DNA of 64,000 nucleotides from an uncultured Actinomycetes bacterium (GTDB lineage Bacteria; Actinomycetota; Thermoleophilia; RBG-16-64-13): positions 1,120,001 through 1,184,000 of the forward strand of contig CAVPLM010000005.1 of assembly GCA_963706025.1 (NCBI GenBank). The letters are read 5' to 3'. Positions 33,998 to 44,158 of this stretch are shown piece after piece. Below the pieces are notes generated by a model. That model did no database searches. It saw only the letters and a program-made list of their open reading frames with translations, and was not told the origin of the DNA. A program made the translations under genes and the position numbers. Positions within the stretch are counted from its first letter, which is position 1; every line of letters begins with the position of its first letter.

Positions 33998-34055
33998 GGA
34001 AGGCACGTTTGGCGGGGCAAAGACCGAGCGAGTCCATCTGCAAGGAGGTCTCACC

Positions 34056-34961
34056 ATGGCGACCGAACTGAGCCGTGACAAGGTGTTCTTCGCGTTCTCT
34101 TCCAAGATGGCGCCGGTGATCCGCATCGCGCAGGGGGAGGAACTCGTGCTGCAGACGCACGACTGCTTCAGCGGGCAGCTGAAGACCTCGGCAGACACGC
34201 TCGAGACCCTCGACTGGAGCATCACCAACCCCGCCACCGGTCCGGTCTACATCGAGGGCACGAAACCCGGCGATCTCCTGCGTGTCGACCTGCTCGAGGT
34301 CAAGGCTACGGGCCCGTCGATCATGGTCGCCGTGCCGCAGGTGGGGACCATGGGCGACGCGATCACCCAGATGGAGACGACGGTCCTCGAGCACACCGAG
34401 GACGCCGTGGTGTTCAAGGGCCGGGTGAAGGTCCGCCAGAAGCCGATGCTGGGCGTCATCGGCGTGGCCCCCGCGCAGGGCGAGATCCCCAATTCGACTC
34501 CGGGCGGTCATGGCGGCAACATGGACTGCACGCTCGTCTCGACCGGCGCGAGCCTGTACTTGACGGTTGGGGTCGAGGGCGCGTTGTTCGGGTGTGGCGA
34601 CATGCATGCCGTGATGGGCGATGGCGAAGTCATCATCTGTGGTGCCGAGACGCCGGGCTACGCGCGCGTCACGGCACAGGTCGTCACGATTCCCGGGCTT
34701 CCCACGCCGTTCATAGAAAACGACGACCTGGTGGCCGTGATCGCCTCGGCCGAGACCGTGGACGAGGCGAAGGACGTCGCCATCCACCGCATGCTCGACT
34801 TCCTGACCGGCGTTGCCGGCATGCCGCTCAACGACGCGGCGATGCTCATGAGCCTCACCGGCGATCTCAAGTTCTGCCAGGTCGTAGACCCACTCATGAC
34901 GGTGCGCTTCGAGTTCCCCAAGTCGGTGCTCAAGGACTACGGCTTCGAGATGCCGCGCTAG
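34056..34961 (+). CDS. Acetamidase/formamidase family protein
   Basis: THDC, NPATGPVYIEG, HGGNMD, GDMHAVMGDGE. Confidence 0.88.
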   Translation: MATELSRDKVFFAFSSKMAPVIRIAQGEELVLQTHDCFSGQLKTSADTLETLDWSITNPATGPVYIEGTKPGDLLRVDLLEVKATGPSIMVAVPQVGTMGDAITQMETTVLEHTEDAVVFKGRVKVRQKPMLGVIGVAPAQGEIPNSTPGGHGGNMDCTLVSTGASLYLTVGVEGALFGCGDMHAVMGDGEVIICGAETPGYARVTAQVVTIPGLPTPFIENDDLVAVIASAETVDEAKDVAIHRMLDFLTGVAGMPLNDAAMLMSLTGDLKFCQVVDPLMTVRFEFPKSVLKDYGFEMPR

Positions 34962-35068
34962 GGCGGCATGCGCCGGCCCCGATAAGGCTCCGCCCTCCGG
35001 GTGAGGGAGGGCGGAGGAATCAGTCGCTCGTCTCTACGACGATCACGGCGCAGCTCACATGATTGCCC

Positions 35069-36181
35069 TTATAGCAGGGCTCCCACCATGGTGCAGGCAC
35101 GGTCCTGGGAGATCCCCACCCCCTGGCAGGTCAGCTCTCCGTGCCAGACGTTCGCTCCGAGAGCCAGGGCCGGATCGTCTTTCATGGCTTGGGCCACGCC
35201 CTTGTTGGCCAGGTCCAGCACGTAGGGCAGGGTGACGTTGGTAAGGGCGAGCGTCGATGTGCGCGGATAGGCGCCGGGCATGTTCGCGACGGCGTAGTGC
35301 AGAACGCCCTCTTCGTAGTACACGGGGTCCTGGTGGGTGGTGGCCCGGGTCGTCTCGAAGCAGCCGCCCTGATCCACGGCCACGTCTACCACCACCGAGC
35401 GCGGCTTCATCAGATGGAGCATCTCGCGCGTCACCAGCTTGGGAGCCACGGTGCCGGCGACCAGCACCCCCCCGATCACGAGGTCGGCCGACTTGAGGTA
35501 GTGCTCCAGGCTGGAACGGTCGGAGTGGACGGTCTTGCAGTTGGCGGGAAGTACGTCGTCCAGGTACTTCATCCTCTCGGCGGAAACATCCAGGATGACG
35601 ACGCGGGCGCCCAGACCGGCGGCCATCTTGGCAGCGTTGATGCCGACGATGCCGCCACCGATGATGAGCACCTCGGCCGGGGCCACGCCCGGCACCCCGC
35701 TGGCAAGGAGCCCGAGCCCGCCGTTCGGGTACGCCAGGTAGTGGGCACCCACCAGCACCGACATCCGACCTGCCACCTCGCTCATGGGGACGAGCAGGGG
35801 CAGGCTGCGGTCGGCCAACTGCACCGTCTCGTAGGCGATGCCCATGATCCCGCTCTCGAGCAGAGCGTTAGTGAGATCGGGCACCGGGGCCAGGTGTAGA
35901 TACGTGAAGAGAGTGAGGTCTTCGCGGAAGTACTGGTACTCAGACGGCAGAGGCTCCTTGACCTTCACCACCATCTCCGCCCGGGACCAGACCTCGGCGG
36001 CGCCCTCCACGAGCTCCGCCCCGTTCTTCAGGTAGTCCTCATCGGAGAACCCGCTACCCAGACCGGCCGATCTCTCCATGAGGACCCGGTGACCGGCTTG
36101 GGTGAGAGCCCATGCGCCTGCAGGCGTCAAGCCCACCCGGTTCTCGTTGTTCTTGATCTCCTTCGCACATCCGACGATCAC
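35069..36181 (-). CDS. ald: Alanine dehydrogenase
   Basis: KEIKNNENRV, VKVKEP, TYLHLA, MSEVAGR, GGGIVG, DQGG, VANMPG. Confidence 0.95.
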   Translation of the reverse strand: MIVGCAKEIKNNENRVGLTPAGAWALTQAGHRVLMERSAGLGSGFSDEDYLKNGAELVEGAAEVWSRAEMVVKVKEPLPSEYQYFREDLTLFTYLHLAPVPDLTNALLESGIMGIAYETVQLADRSLPLLVPMSEVAGRMSVLVGAHYLAYPNGGLGLLASGVPGVAPAEVLIIGGGIVGINAAKMAAGLGARVVILDVSAERMKYLDDVLPANCKTVHSDRSSLEHYLKSADLVIGGVLVAGTVAPKLVTREMLHLMKPRSVVVDVAVDQGGCFETTRATTHQDPVYYEEGVLHYAVANMPGAYPRTSTLALTNVTLPYVLDLANKGVAQAMKDDPALALGANVWHGELTCQGVGISQDRACTMVGALL

Positions 36182-36280
36182 GTTACGACCTCCCTAGTGG
36201 TTTGCGGCACGGTTGCTGTGCCGTGGTTGCCTTATCCTCGGTCACTTCTCGATCCGTTATGCAGTTGTGCAGATCCTCCT

Positions 36281-36562
36281 CTATCCGGCCCCCAGCAGGG
36301 GGACCAGCACCAGCGTATCCCCGTCGGCCACCTGGGCATCCAGCGAAGGAAGCACGCGCCCGTTTCGGACCACCCGGATCGCACTCCAGGAACCATCTCC
36401 ACCCGCCCGGAGGAGACCGCTCAGATCCTTGTTCTCAGCTTCGGCCACCGCGATGAGCACATCGCGAGCTGTCGGCTGTGTGATCCCGTCCATCTGCAGG
36501 TCTATCTCCTCTTTGCCAATAAGGTCCCTGGTGTTTGCCATGAAACGGACCTTTATGGACAT
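36281..36562 (-). CDS. MoaD/ThiS-family sulfur carrier
   Basis: Ubiquitin-like size, VRNGR...DGD.L.L.P..GAG C-terminus; follows AOR. Confidence 0.75.
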   Translation of the reverse strand: MSIKVRFMANTRDLIGKEEIDLQMDGITQPTARDVLIAVAEAENKDLSGLLRAGGDGSWSAIRVVRNGRVLPSLDAQVADGDTLVLVPLLGAG

Positions 36563-36589
36563 GGGCCACCACCCTCGGATGTACTCATA

Positions 36590-38458
36590 CTAGGCGACGA
36601 TCGAACTCAGCCCCAGTTCGGCCAGCTTGTCCTTGGACGGGATCCCACCAGGCCAACCCCGTTCGCGATAGTACTCTCCTACCATCTCATCAAAGGGGAG
36701 CGGGACGCCGGCGGCGCCGCCCTCGGTGTGAGCGGTGAAGAACCGCTGCGGCAGCACATAGTCCCTGGCCGGAACGACTCCGTGCTTGAGGTTGAACATC
36801 TGCATGAGGTTGACGATGCGCTCGCCGGTCTTGAGAAGCTCGATCGGTTCCAGGTCCCAACCGGTCACGGCGTTCAGAAGGTCGGTCTGCAACGTGAAAT
36901 CGAGCCCGGCGAACTCGTAGAAGAAGCAGACGACGGCCGAGTTGCACACCGCCATCCGATCCTGGAACTTCATTTGGGCGAGCCCTTTGTATTCCGAGCT
37001 GTGAGGGGGCAGCGGATTCAGCATCTCGTCTCTGCCGGTTTCCGGAAAGGTGACACCGAGCTCGATGGCTTCGGGGAAGCCGTGCAGGTGACTCGCTCCC
37101 TTCATCGAGGTGGCGGTTTCGACCGCCATAGAGAGGAAGGCCCTCGGATCGTGTGCCGGGACGGCCGCGCCACAGACGTGCAGCGCCGCGTCGGGGATCC
37201 CCAGTGCCTCTCCCGCCGGCCTCAGACCCTCGCCGAGAAGACGCGGGACTCGGCCGTCACGTCTCGCGACCTTCTCCAGGAGGGCGATCATGGCATCGCC
37301 GTCGCCCCACTTGAGCTCGATCCCACCCAGATCTTCCTTGGTGATCGCGCCTCGCTCGTACGCTTCCATGGCGAAGGCGCAGACCCCCCCGAATTCGATC
37401 GTGTCGAGGCTGTATCTATTGCAGAGCTCGTTGGCCTTGTTGATCGCGAGGAGGTTGTCGATCAGACAGTCGGAACCCATCATGCCCAGAGTCTCGTATT
37501 CCGGACCGTAGCTGTCCATGGCATAGGGACCATCTGCAACGGTGATGCGCCGGTGGCAGCCCATGATGCAGTTGGAGCAGGCATCCGGCTTTGGCTTGAG
37601 AACGGGATTGAAGTCCTGACCCTCCCCCGCCCCCAGCTTGCGGGCCCCCTCCTGCCAGCGGTCCTGCAGGAAGTTCTTCATGGGAAGAAGCCCGTTTTCC
37701 TCCCGAGGCACGACCGCCATCGCTTGGCCGAGCTCCCGGTTCGCCTTGGCGAAATCGGCGTTCTTGGCGCGTTCGGCGTACTCTTTCTTGAGTGCAGAAA
37801 GCACATCGGGGCGAGCGATCGGCACGGTCTTCGTTCCGCGAAAAGCGAGCGCCTTCAGGTTCTTGGAGCCCATGACCGCTCCCATGCCGGTACGGCCGGC
37901 ACAGCCATGCCCGTGGTTGCAGATGACCCCGGCGTAACGGACGAGGTTCTCTCCCCCGGGCCCTATGGGGGCGACTTGGATCTTCGGATCATCGAGCTCG
38001 GCTATGATGGCATCTTCGGTCTCGTAGGCGTCCGTCTTGCCCCATAGATGCGAGGCATCACGGATCTCCACTTGTCCGTCGTGGATGAAGAGATAGACAG
38101 GCTTGGCGGCCTTACCCTTGACTACGAGAGCGTCGAATCCGGTCTTCTTGAACTCCTCGGCGTTGTAGCCGCCCCCGGTGGACTCCCCGAAAATCCCTGT
38201 CAGCGGGGACTTGGCACAGATCGAGAACCGCCCGCTGCCCAGGATCCTGCTCCCGCCTTGGAAGGGGCCCGTCGCGAACACCAGGACGTTATCCGGACCA
38301 AGCGCGTCTGCACCGGCTGGGATCTGCTCGTAGAGGATCTGAGCGGCCAAACCCGTGCCGCCAAGGAAGTTCCGCTGCGACTCTTCGGGAAAGGGGATCG
38401 TCTTGCTTTCCCCTTGGGTGAGATCCACCTCGACCATCTTTCCCCAATACCCGCTCAT
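36590..38458 (-). CDS. aor: Tungsten-containing aldehyde:ferredoxin oxidoreductase family
   Basis: KSPLTG...GG, GRTGMGAVMGSKNLKA, CSNCIMGC, GPEYET, DTI. Confidence 0.9.
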   Translation of the reverse strand: MSGYWGKMVEVDLTQGESKTIPFPEESQRNFLGGTGLAAQILYEQIPAGADALGPDNVLVFATGPFQGGSRILGSGRFSICAKSPLTGIFGESTGGGYNAEEFKKTGFDALVVKGKAAKPVYLFIHDGQVEIRDASHLWGKTDAYETEDAIIAELDDPKIQVAPIGPGGENLVRYAGVICNHGHGCAGRTGMGAVMGSKNLKALAFRGTKTVPIARPDVLSALKKEYAERAKNADFAKANRELGQAMAVVPREENGLLPMKNFLQDRWQEGARKLGAGEGQDFNPVLKPKPDACSNCIMGCHRRITVADGPYAMDSYGPEYETLGMMGSDCLIDNLLAINKANELCNRYSLDTIEFGGVCAFAMEAYERGAITKEDLGGIELKWGDGDAMIALLEKVARRDGRVPRLLGEGLRPAGEALGIPDAALHVCGAAVPAHDPRAFLSMAVETATSMKGASHLHGFPEAIELGVTFPETGRDEMLNPLPPHSSEYKGLAQMKFQDRMAVCNSAVVCFFYEFAGLDFTLQTDLLNAVTGWDLEPIELLKTGERIVNLMQMFNLKHGVVPARDYVLPQRFFTAHTEGGAAGVPLPFDEMVGEYYRERGWPGGIPSKDKLAELGLSSIVA

Positions 38459-38565
38459 CCTCGCCTCCTGACACCTTTCATGGACTCACAGCCACTGATG
38501 GGCCTCCGCCAGAACCCTCGGCACCACACGGCCGCGGGCGCCCTCCGCGCTCCGTCGGACCTGTC

Positions 38566-38594
38566 TTGAATTGTGGACTACGCCAGTCTAACAT
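38566..38594 (+). promoter_or_regulatory. Sigma70-type promoter for glcDEF
   Basis: TTGAAT-17 nt-TAACAT. Confidence 0.55.
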
Positions 38595-38683
38595 CCCCCT
38601 CTACTCGCTGAAACCTCGCGGCGGCTCTGGAGCTGCGATTTCAGGAGCGTGCCGAGGGCGAAGCCTAGACGTAAGGAACGGAA

Positions 38684-40094
38684 GTGCTCCCAGACGGTCT
38701 ACTTGGCGAGTTGAGAGGACATCGTCGGCGCGGAAGACGTGCTCTGGAAGAGGGCCGATCTTCAGACCTACGAATACGATGGCTACGTGGAGAGGTCACT
38801 CCCCGATGCTGTCGTTTTCGTCGAGTCGACGGACGAAGTAGCATCAGTGGTGCGACTTGCCCAACGCGAGAACATACCGTTCTTGCCCCGCGGCTGCGCC
38901 ACCAACTTGACGGGCGCCACCATCGCGGTGAGGGGGGGACTTGTCATCGAAATGGCCCGCATGAGACGAGTCGTGGAGATAGACCTGGCCAATGAGCGAA
39001 TGGTCGTGGAGTCCGGTATCTACACTGAGGAGATCTCGGCCATCCTCGAGCCTCTCGGCTACTACTACGCTCCTGATCCGTCGAGCGCCAAAGCGTCTTC
39101 CATCGGGGGCAACATCGCGGAGAACGCCGGCGGCCCTCACTGCTTCAAGTACGGAGTCACGTTGAACCATGTGATCGGGGCGGAAGTCGTGCTCCCCCAT
39201 GGCGAGGTGGTTTGGCTGGGAGGCAAGGCCGTCGATCTGCCTGGTTTCGACCTCCTCGGTGGTTTCATTGGAAGCGAGGGCACTTTTGGGATCTGTACCA
39301 AGGCTGTTCTCCGGATCCTGCGAAAGGCTGAAGCCATCAAGACGTTGCTGGCTATCTACGACAGCATCGATGACGCCGCCAAGACGGTCACTGCCATAGT
39401 GGCCGCCGGCATGATCCCGGCGACTCTCGAGATGATGGACAAGCTCGCGATCCAAGCGGTCGAGGATTCACAGGCTCTGGGGTTTCCCAGAGACGCTGCT
39501 GCGGTGCTCCTCATCGAGCTGGACGGGCTCGTCGATGGTCTGGAAGACATGGCCGCCGACGTGCTTGCGATGTGCAGGCGCAACAACGCCCGCGAGGTCC
39601 GGGCGGCAGGCTCGGAAGAGGAACGGACCGCCCTTTGGAAGGGACGCAAGGGCGCGGTCGCGGCCGTCGCTCGCCTGGCCCCCAATTTCTTGCTCATCGA
39701 CGGCACGGTACCTCGTACGAAGCTCCCCGACGCCTTGCGCAAAGTCTACGAGATCGGGGACAAATACGATCTCAGGATCGCGAACGTAGCTCACGCCGGC
39801 GATGGGAATCTGCATCCGTTCGTGTTGTTCGACAGCAGGATCAGCGCGGACAAAGAGCGGGCCATGAAAGCGGCCATGGAGATCCTTGCCGCCTGTGTGG
39901 CGCTGGGCGGCACGATAACCGGGGAACATGGCATCGGTATCGAGAAGATGGAGGCGATGAGCATTCTCTTCACCGAGAACGATCTGAGAGCTCAGCAATG
40001 GCTCAAAGAGGTGTTCGACCCGGTCGGACTGTGCAACCCCGGCAAGGTCCTGCCTGCGCGAGTTGCCGTTGGGGGGGGTGCTCATGCCGCATGA
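38684..40094 (+). CDS. glcD: Glycolate/lactate oxidase FAD subunit (indel near the 5' end)
   Basis: PDPSS...SIGGNIAENAGG..CFKYG, GSEGTFG, HAGDGNLHP, GEHGIG. Confidence 0.85.
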
Positions 40095-41439
40095 TGTCGG
40101 TGACCTCCTGGCCGAGCTGACGCTCCTTGCCCCCGGGGCCGCGGCGGATGGAAACCCGCAGACCAGCGTGGCTGGACTCGTGCCGGCCGTGCGTGTGAGT
40201 CCGACCACAGTGTCCGAGTTGGGACAGATAGTGGGTTGGGCTTCCAGGCGCGGCCTGGCGATGGCCGCGCTCGGGGGCGGGACCAAACTGGGGATCGGAA
40301 ACCCTCCTTCTCGCCTGGACCTGGCGCTCGACATGAGCGCCATGAGTTCCATCACTGAGTATGACGCAGCGGATCTTGTCCTGACCGCTCAGGCGGGGGT
40401 GACCATCCAGCACCTTCGGTAGATGGTGCGCGAGGATTCTCTGGTCTTACCGCTCGATCCACAATCCAGAGACCGAGCCACCATAGGGGGAGTGATCGCC
40501 TGTGCGGACCACGGCCCCCGGCGACGACAGTATGGCGGTCTTCGGGACCTGGTCCTCGGACTGAAGGTCGTTCTCCCCGATGGCAGCCTGGCCGGTTTCG
40601 GCGGTCGGACTCTCAAGAACGTCGCGGGTTACGATGTGGGCAGGCTTTTCGTCGGTTCGCTGGGGACGATAGGGGTCATCGCGGAGGCCACAGTGCGTCT
40701 CCTGCCCATGCCCGCCTGTGAGGAGCTTCTGCTTGTCACGGTACCCGGCTTGGAGCAGGGGCGCCGGCTGGTGGCCAGGATCCTGGGATCGGTTCTGATC
40801 CCCTCTTCCCTCGAGCTCCTCTCACCGGCATGCGTAGGATTGCTGGGCTTCGATCAGCACCTTGGATCTTCCGACACCGAGAGCCTTCTGCTTATCGCCC
40901 TTGAGGGACACCCCGCCGCGGTGGAGCGCCAGGTGCGCGACCTCTCCGCCTTCTGTGCTGAGCTGGACTCGGGAACGGAGATGGTCGAGTCTCGCCGCGC
41001 GTCGGAGCTTGGATTGCCCGTTGATGAAGCCTGGGATACCTTCGCAGGACTCCGCGAGAAGGCGCTCGGCAACGGGTCTGGGGTCGGTTTGCGCTGTACG
41101 GTGCCGCTCGCGCGTGTCTGGGACCTGGCCGCTGCCGCGGAGGAGCGTTCTCGGGCGAGTAGCGTTGACCTGTCGTACACGATGAGCTGCGGGACAGGAT
41201 ACCTCGAGGCCTACGCTGCCGGTTCCCCGGCCGATCTGCGGACGTTCGCGGAAGGGGTGCGGGAAGACGCGGAGTACCGAGAGGGTGCGATGTCCGTGCT
41301 TGACGGCTGGTCTGTCCTCGGCGAGGAGTTCGACGCCTGGGGAGGTCAGCGGACCGATTTCGGCCTCATCAGAGCTGTGAAGGAGAAATTCGATCCCCAG
41401 GGCCTCATGAATCCCGGTCGCTACCTGGGAGGGCTGTGA
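40084..41439 (+). CDS. glcE: Glycolate oxidase FAD subunit GlcE-like, interrupted by an in-frame TAG at 40420-40422
   Basis: GGGTK, LPLDP..ATIGG, KNVAGYD, GSLGT, FDPQGLMNPGR; both ORF halves are in the same frame. Confidence 0.75.
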
Positions 41440-42840
41440 GCATGGGACCCCAGCCCTCGACAACCGCCGAAGGTGCGGCCGCTGCGACAGCGCCCGGTGG
41501 GGTCACCGAACTCCTTGATCTCTACGACGAGGTCGCCAAGTGCGGGCGGTGCGGATTCTGTCAGCCCACGTGCCCTGTGTATACGGCCACGAACAAGGAA
41601 GCTCACGTGGCGCGAGGCAAGAACGCGCTGTTCCGCAATCTCATCGAGGGGGAGACCCCGCTGGATCCCGATCTCCGGGAGGCCTTCGAGAACTGCCTCT
41701 TGTGTCGCGCTTGTACTGCGAACTGCTTTCCAGCAGTAAAAACGGACCAGTTGGTCATCTCCCTTCGGGAGACGTACGGGCAGCAGCTGGGGCGGCCCAC
41801 GATTCAGCGGTGGATATTTCGCAGACTGCTCCCCCATCCGAGACTCATGTCCTGGATCGTCGGCACCATGTGGATGGGGCGCCGGCTCGGTCTGGCGGGG
41901 GTCGCGAAGCGCCTCGGTCTGCTGAGGATGATCAATCCCAAGCTGGAGAACGCGATGGAGATCCGGGAGGAGGTGCCCAGCAGCTTTCTGAGGACCAGGC
42001 TGAAGAAGCGCGGCTCGGCCGGTGAAGGCTTCCTCCGGTCTCAAGGTCGGGTACTGGATCTCCTGTGGCTACAACTACATGCTGCCCGAGGTGGGCGAGG
42101 CTACGGTAGACGTCCTTGAGCAGAACGGGATCGAGGTGACGGTCCTGCCCAACGCCTGCTGCGGTCTGCCGGTGTACTGCTACGGGGACATTGAAGGAGC
42201 ACGGCTTCTTGCCAAGAGTAACCTCGACAAGCTCGGTGACTTGGGTCAATACGACTACATCGTGTCCGACTGTGGCAGTTGCTCGGGTCATCTCAAGGAA
42301 TACGCCGACCTCCTGAAGGACGACCCCGAGTACGCCGAGAAGGCCACGGCCCTTGTCGGCAAGGTACGGGCTTTCAGCGAGTTGATGCACGCTTTGGGCG
42401 TCGGCGTTCCTCTCGGTGAGCTTCCGGCCACGGTCACCTACCACGATCCGTGTCATCTCGGAGCCCGCTACCAAGGCATCGTGTCTCAACCCCGGGAGCT
42501 CATAAAGTCCGTTCCCGGCGTCGACTACCGAGAGCTCCGCGAGGCCGACTGGTGCTGCGGCGCAGCTGGGTCATACAACTTCATGCACAACGACATCTCT
42601 ATGAAGATCCTTGACCGCAAGGCAGAGAATGTCGAGAAGTCCGGTGCGGATGTCCTGGTGACGGAGTGTCCTTCGTGCATCATGCAGTTGTCGCTTGGAG
42701 CCAAGCGTCGCGGCCTGCCTACGCGGGTTCTCAGTGTCTCTCAGCTGCTCCAGGAGGCCGAGCAGGCGGCACCGCCCGCGGGGACGAAGGCGACCTCGAC
42801 AACGTCGACTGCCCGCGACCACGAGAGCCCGGGGCGGTGA
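41436..42840 (+). CDS. glcF: Fe-S/CCG-domain subunit GlcF-like (frameshift near 42020)
   Basis: CGRCGFCQPTCP, CLLCRACTANC, CCG, YHDPCHL, WCCGAAG, ECPSC. Confidence 0.82.
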
Positions 42841-42864
42841 GACTCAGCTAAGGATCACCTGTGA

Positions 42865-42909
42865 AAGACCCGGCGCCGGGCTCAGGATCTGAGCCCGGCG
42901 CCGGGTCTT
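42865..42909. terminator. Perfect 21-bp hairpin between convergent operons
   Basis: AAGACCCGGCGCCGGGCTCAG-gat-CTGAGCCCGGCGCCGGGTCTT. Confidence 0.75.
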
Positions 42910-42984
42910 CGCGTTATTGCACCTTGTCCTGCTTCTTCGTCCTCGCCCGTGCGCTAGGACCGCAGCCGGCCTTTCGCGGGCGGA

Positions 42985-44100
42985 TCAGCTCTTCGCGGCC
43001 AGGTACGCCCGGCCGAGCGCATCCGCGCCCTTTATGGCGTACATGGCGGTCTCGGGAGTCACGGGCATCGGCTCACAGTACATAGTGTCTCCGGGAGCAC
43101 AGGCCGCCTTACCGACCTCCAGCAGTTTGCGGTCGAGCTCGGCTCCCTCATCCTTCACGTTGAGCTGAGCAAGCGTCATGGGAAGGTCCACCGAGTGAAG
43201 GAAACCAAGCACCTCGTCGATCTGCGTCTTGGCCCGGTTTTCCAGCACCTGCATCGCCAGCACGGAGAAGGCGACCTTCTCACCGTGCGAGAGCGAGTGG
43301 GTCTCCTCGAGGACGGTGAAACCGTTATGAATGGCATGAGCAGCGGCCAGGCCGGTGCTCTCGAAGCCCAGTGCGCCCATCAGCAGGACGGCCTCGACGA
43401 CCTTCTCGTACACCGGGGTCGCCGCTTGGACTTCGGCCGCCCGCATCGCGTCCAGGCCATAGGTGATCAGGGTCTCGTAGCATAGCTTGGCGATGGCTAG
43501 AGCCGTCGCTGAGGCCGTACCTCCAGCGAAGTTGGGTTTCCCCGTGAGCGCGCACGTCTCACCCTCGATCCACCCGGCCAGGCAATCTCCCATCCCCATC
43601 CTCAGCATGTGCGCCGGGTTCTTGATAAGGATGCTCGTGTCGGCCACAACGAGATCGGGGTTTCGCGGGAGGAACACGTACTCTTCGAACACGCCCCCCG
43701 AACTGTAGACGACCGTGACCGCGCTACAGGCGGCGTTGGTGGCCACAGTGGTAGGAACGTTGATCCAACGCGCTCCCACATCGCGACCAACCACTTTGAC
43801 CGTGTCAAGCGCTTTGCCGCCACCGGCGCCGATCACTACGTTCGCCTCGGCCGCCTTCGCGAGACCCGTCAGCCGACGGATCTCCTCCCAGGACGACTCG
43901 CCGCGGAAGAGCTCTACGCTGACCTTGACTCCAGCCGCCTCGAGGCTGCCGACCAAGGGCTCCTGGACTGCCTGAAGGGCTGTCTTGCCACCGATGATCA
44001 GCGCCCGCTGACCCATCTGGGCCGCGTACTTGCCTACCTCGGCCACCGCTCCAGGGCCCTGAACGTACTTGCTCGGGCTGATCAGTGTCTTCATCAACAT
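42985..44100 (-). CDS. gldA: Glycerol dehydrogenase-like (Fe/Zn-ADH family)
   Basis: SPSKYVQG, GGGKALD, VPT, GMGD, AHAIHNG, HGEKVAF. Confidence 0.85.
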   Translation of the reverse strand: MLMKTLISPSKYVQGPGAVAEVGKYAAQMGQRALIIGGKTALQAVQEPLVGSLEAAGVKVSVELFRGESSWEEIRRLTGLAKAAEANVVIGAGGGKALDTVKVVGRDVGARWINVPTTVATNAACSAVTVVYSSGGVFEEYVFLPRNPDLVVADTSILIKNPAHMLRMGMGDCLAGWIEGETCALTGKPNFAGGTASATALAIAKLCYETLITYGLDAMRAAEVQAATPVYEKVVEAVLLMGALGFESTGLAAAHAIHNGFTVLEETHSLSHGEKVAFSVLAMQVLENRAKTQIDEVLGFLHSVDLPMTLAQLNVKDEGAELDRKLLEVGKAACAPGDTMYCEPMPVTPETAMYAIKGADALGRAYLAAKS

Positions 44101-44158
44101 TGCCGATACCTCACATAGCCCTAGACGTCACTCGAAACGGTGGCGTCTCGAGCCCTCG

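Noticed and set aside
38515-38658. 10-bp inverted repeats (CCCTCGGCAC/GTGCCGAGGG) flanking the promoter between aor and glcD, as a possible invertible switch
   Set aside because: Short and GC-rich, so plausible by chance, and there is no recombinase in the window. Reads in both orientations would be needed to revive the idea.
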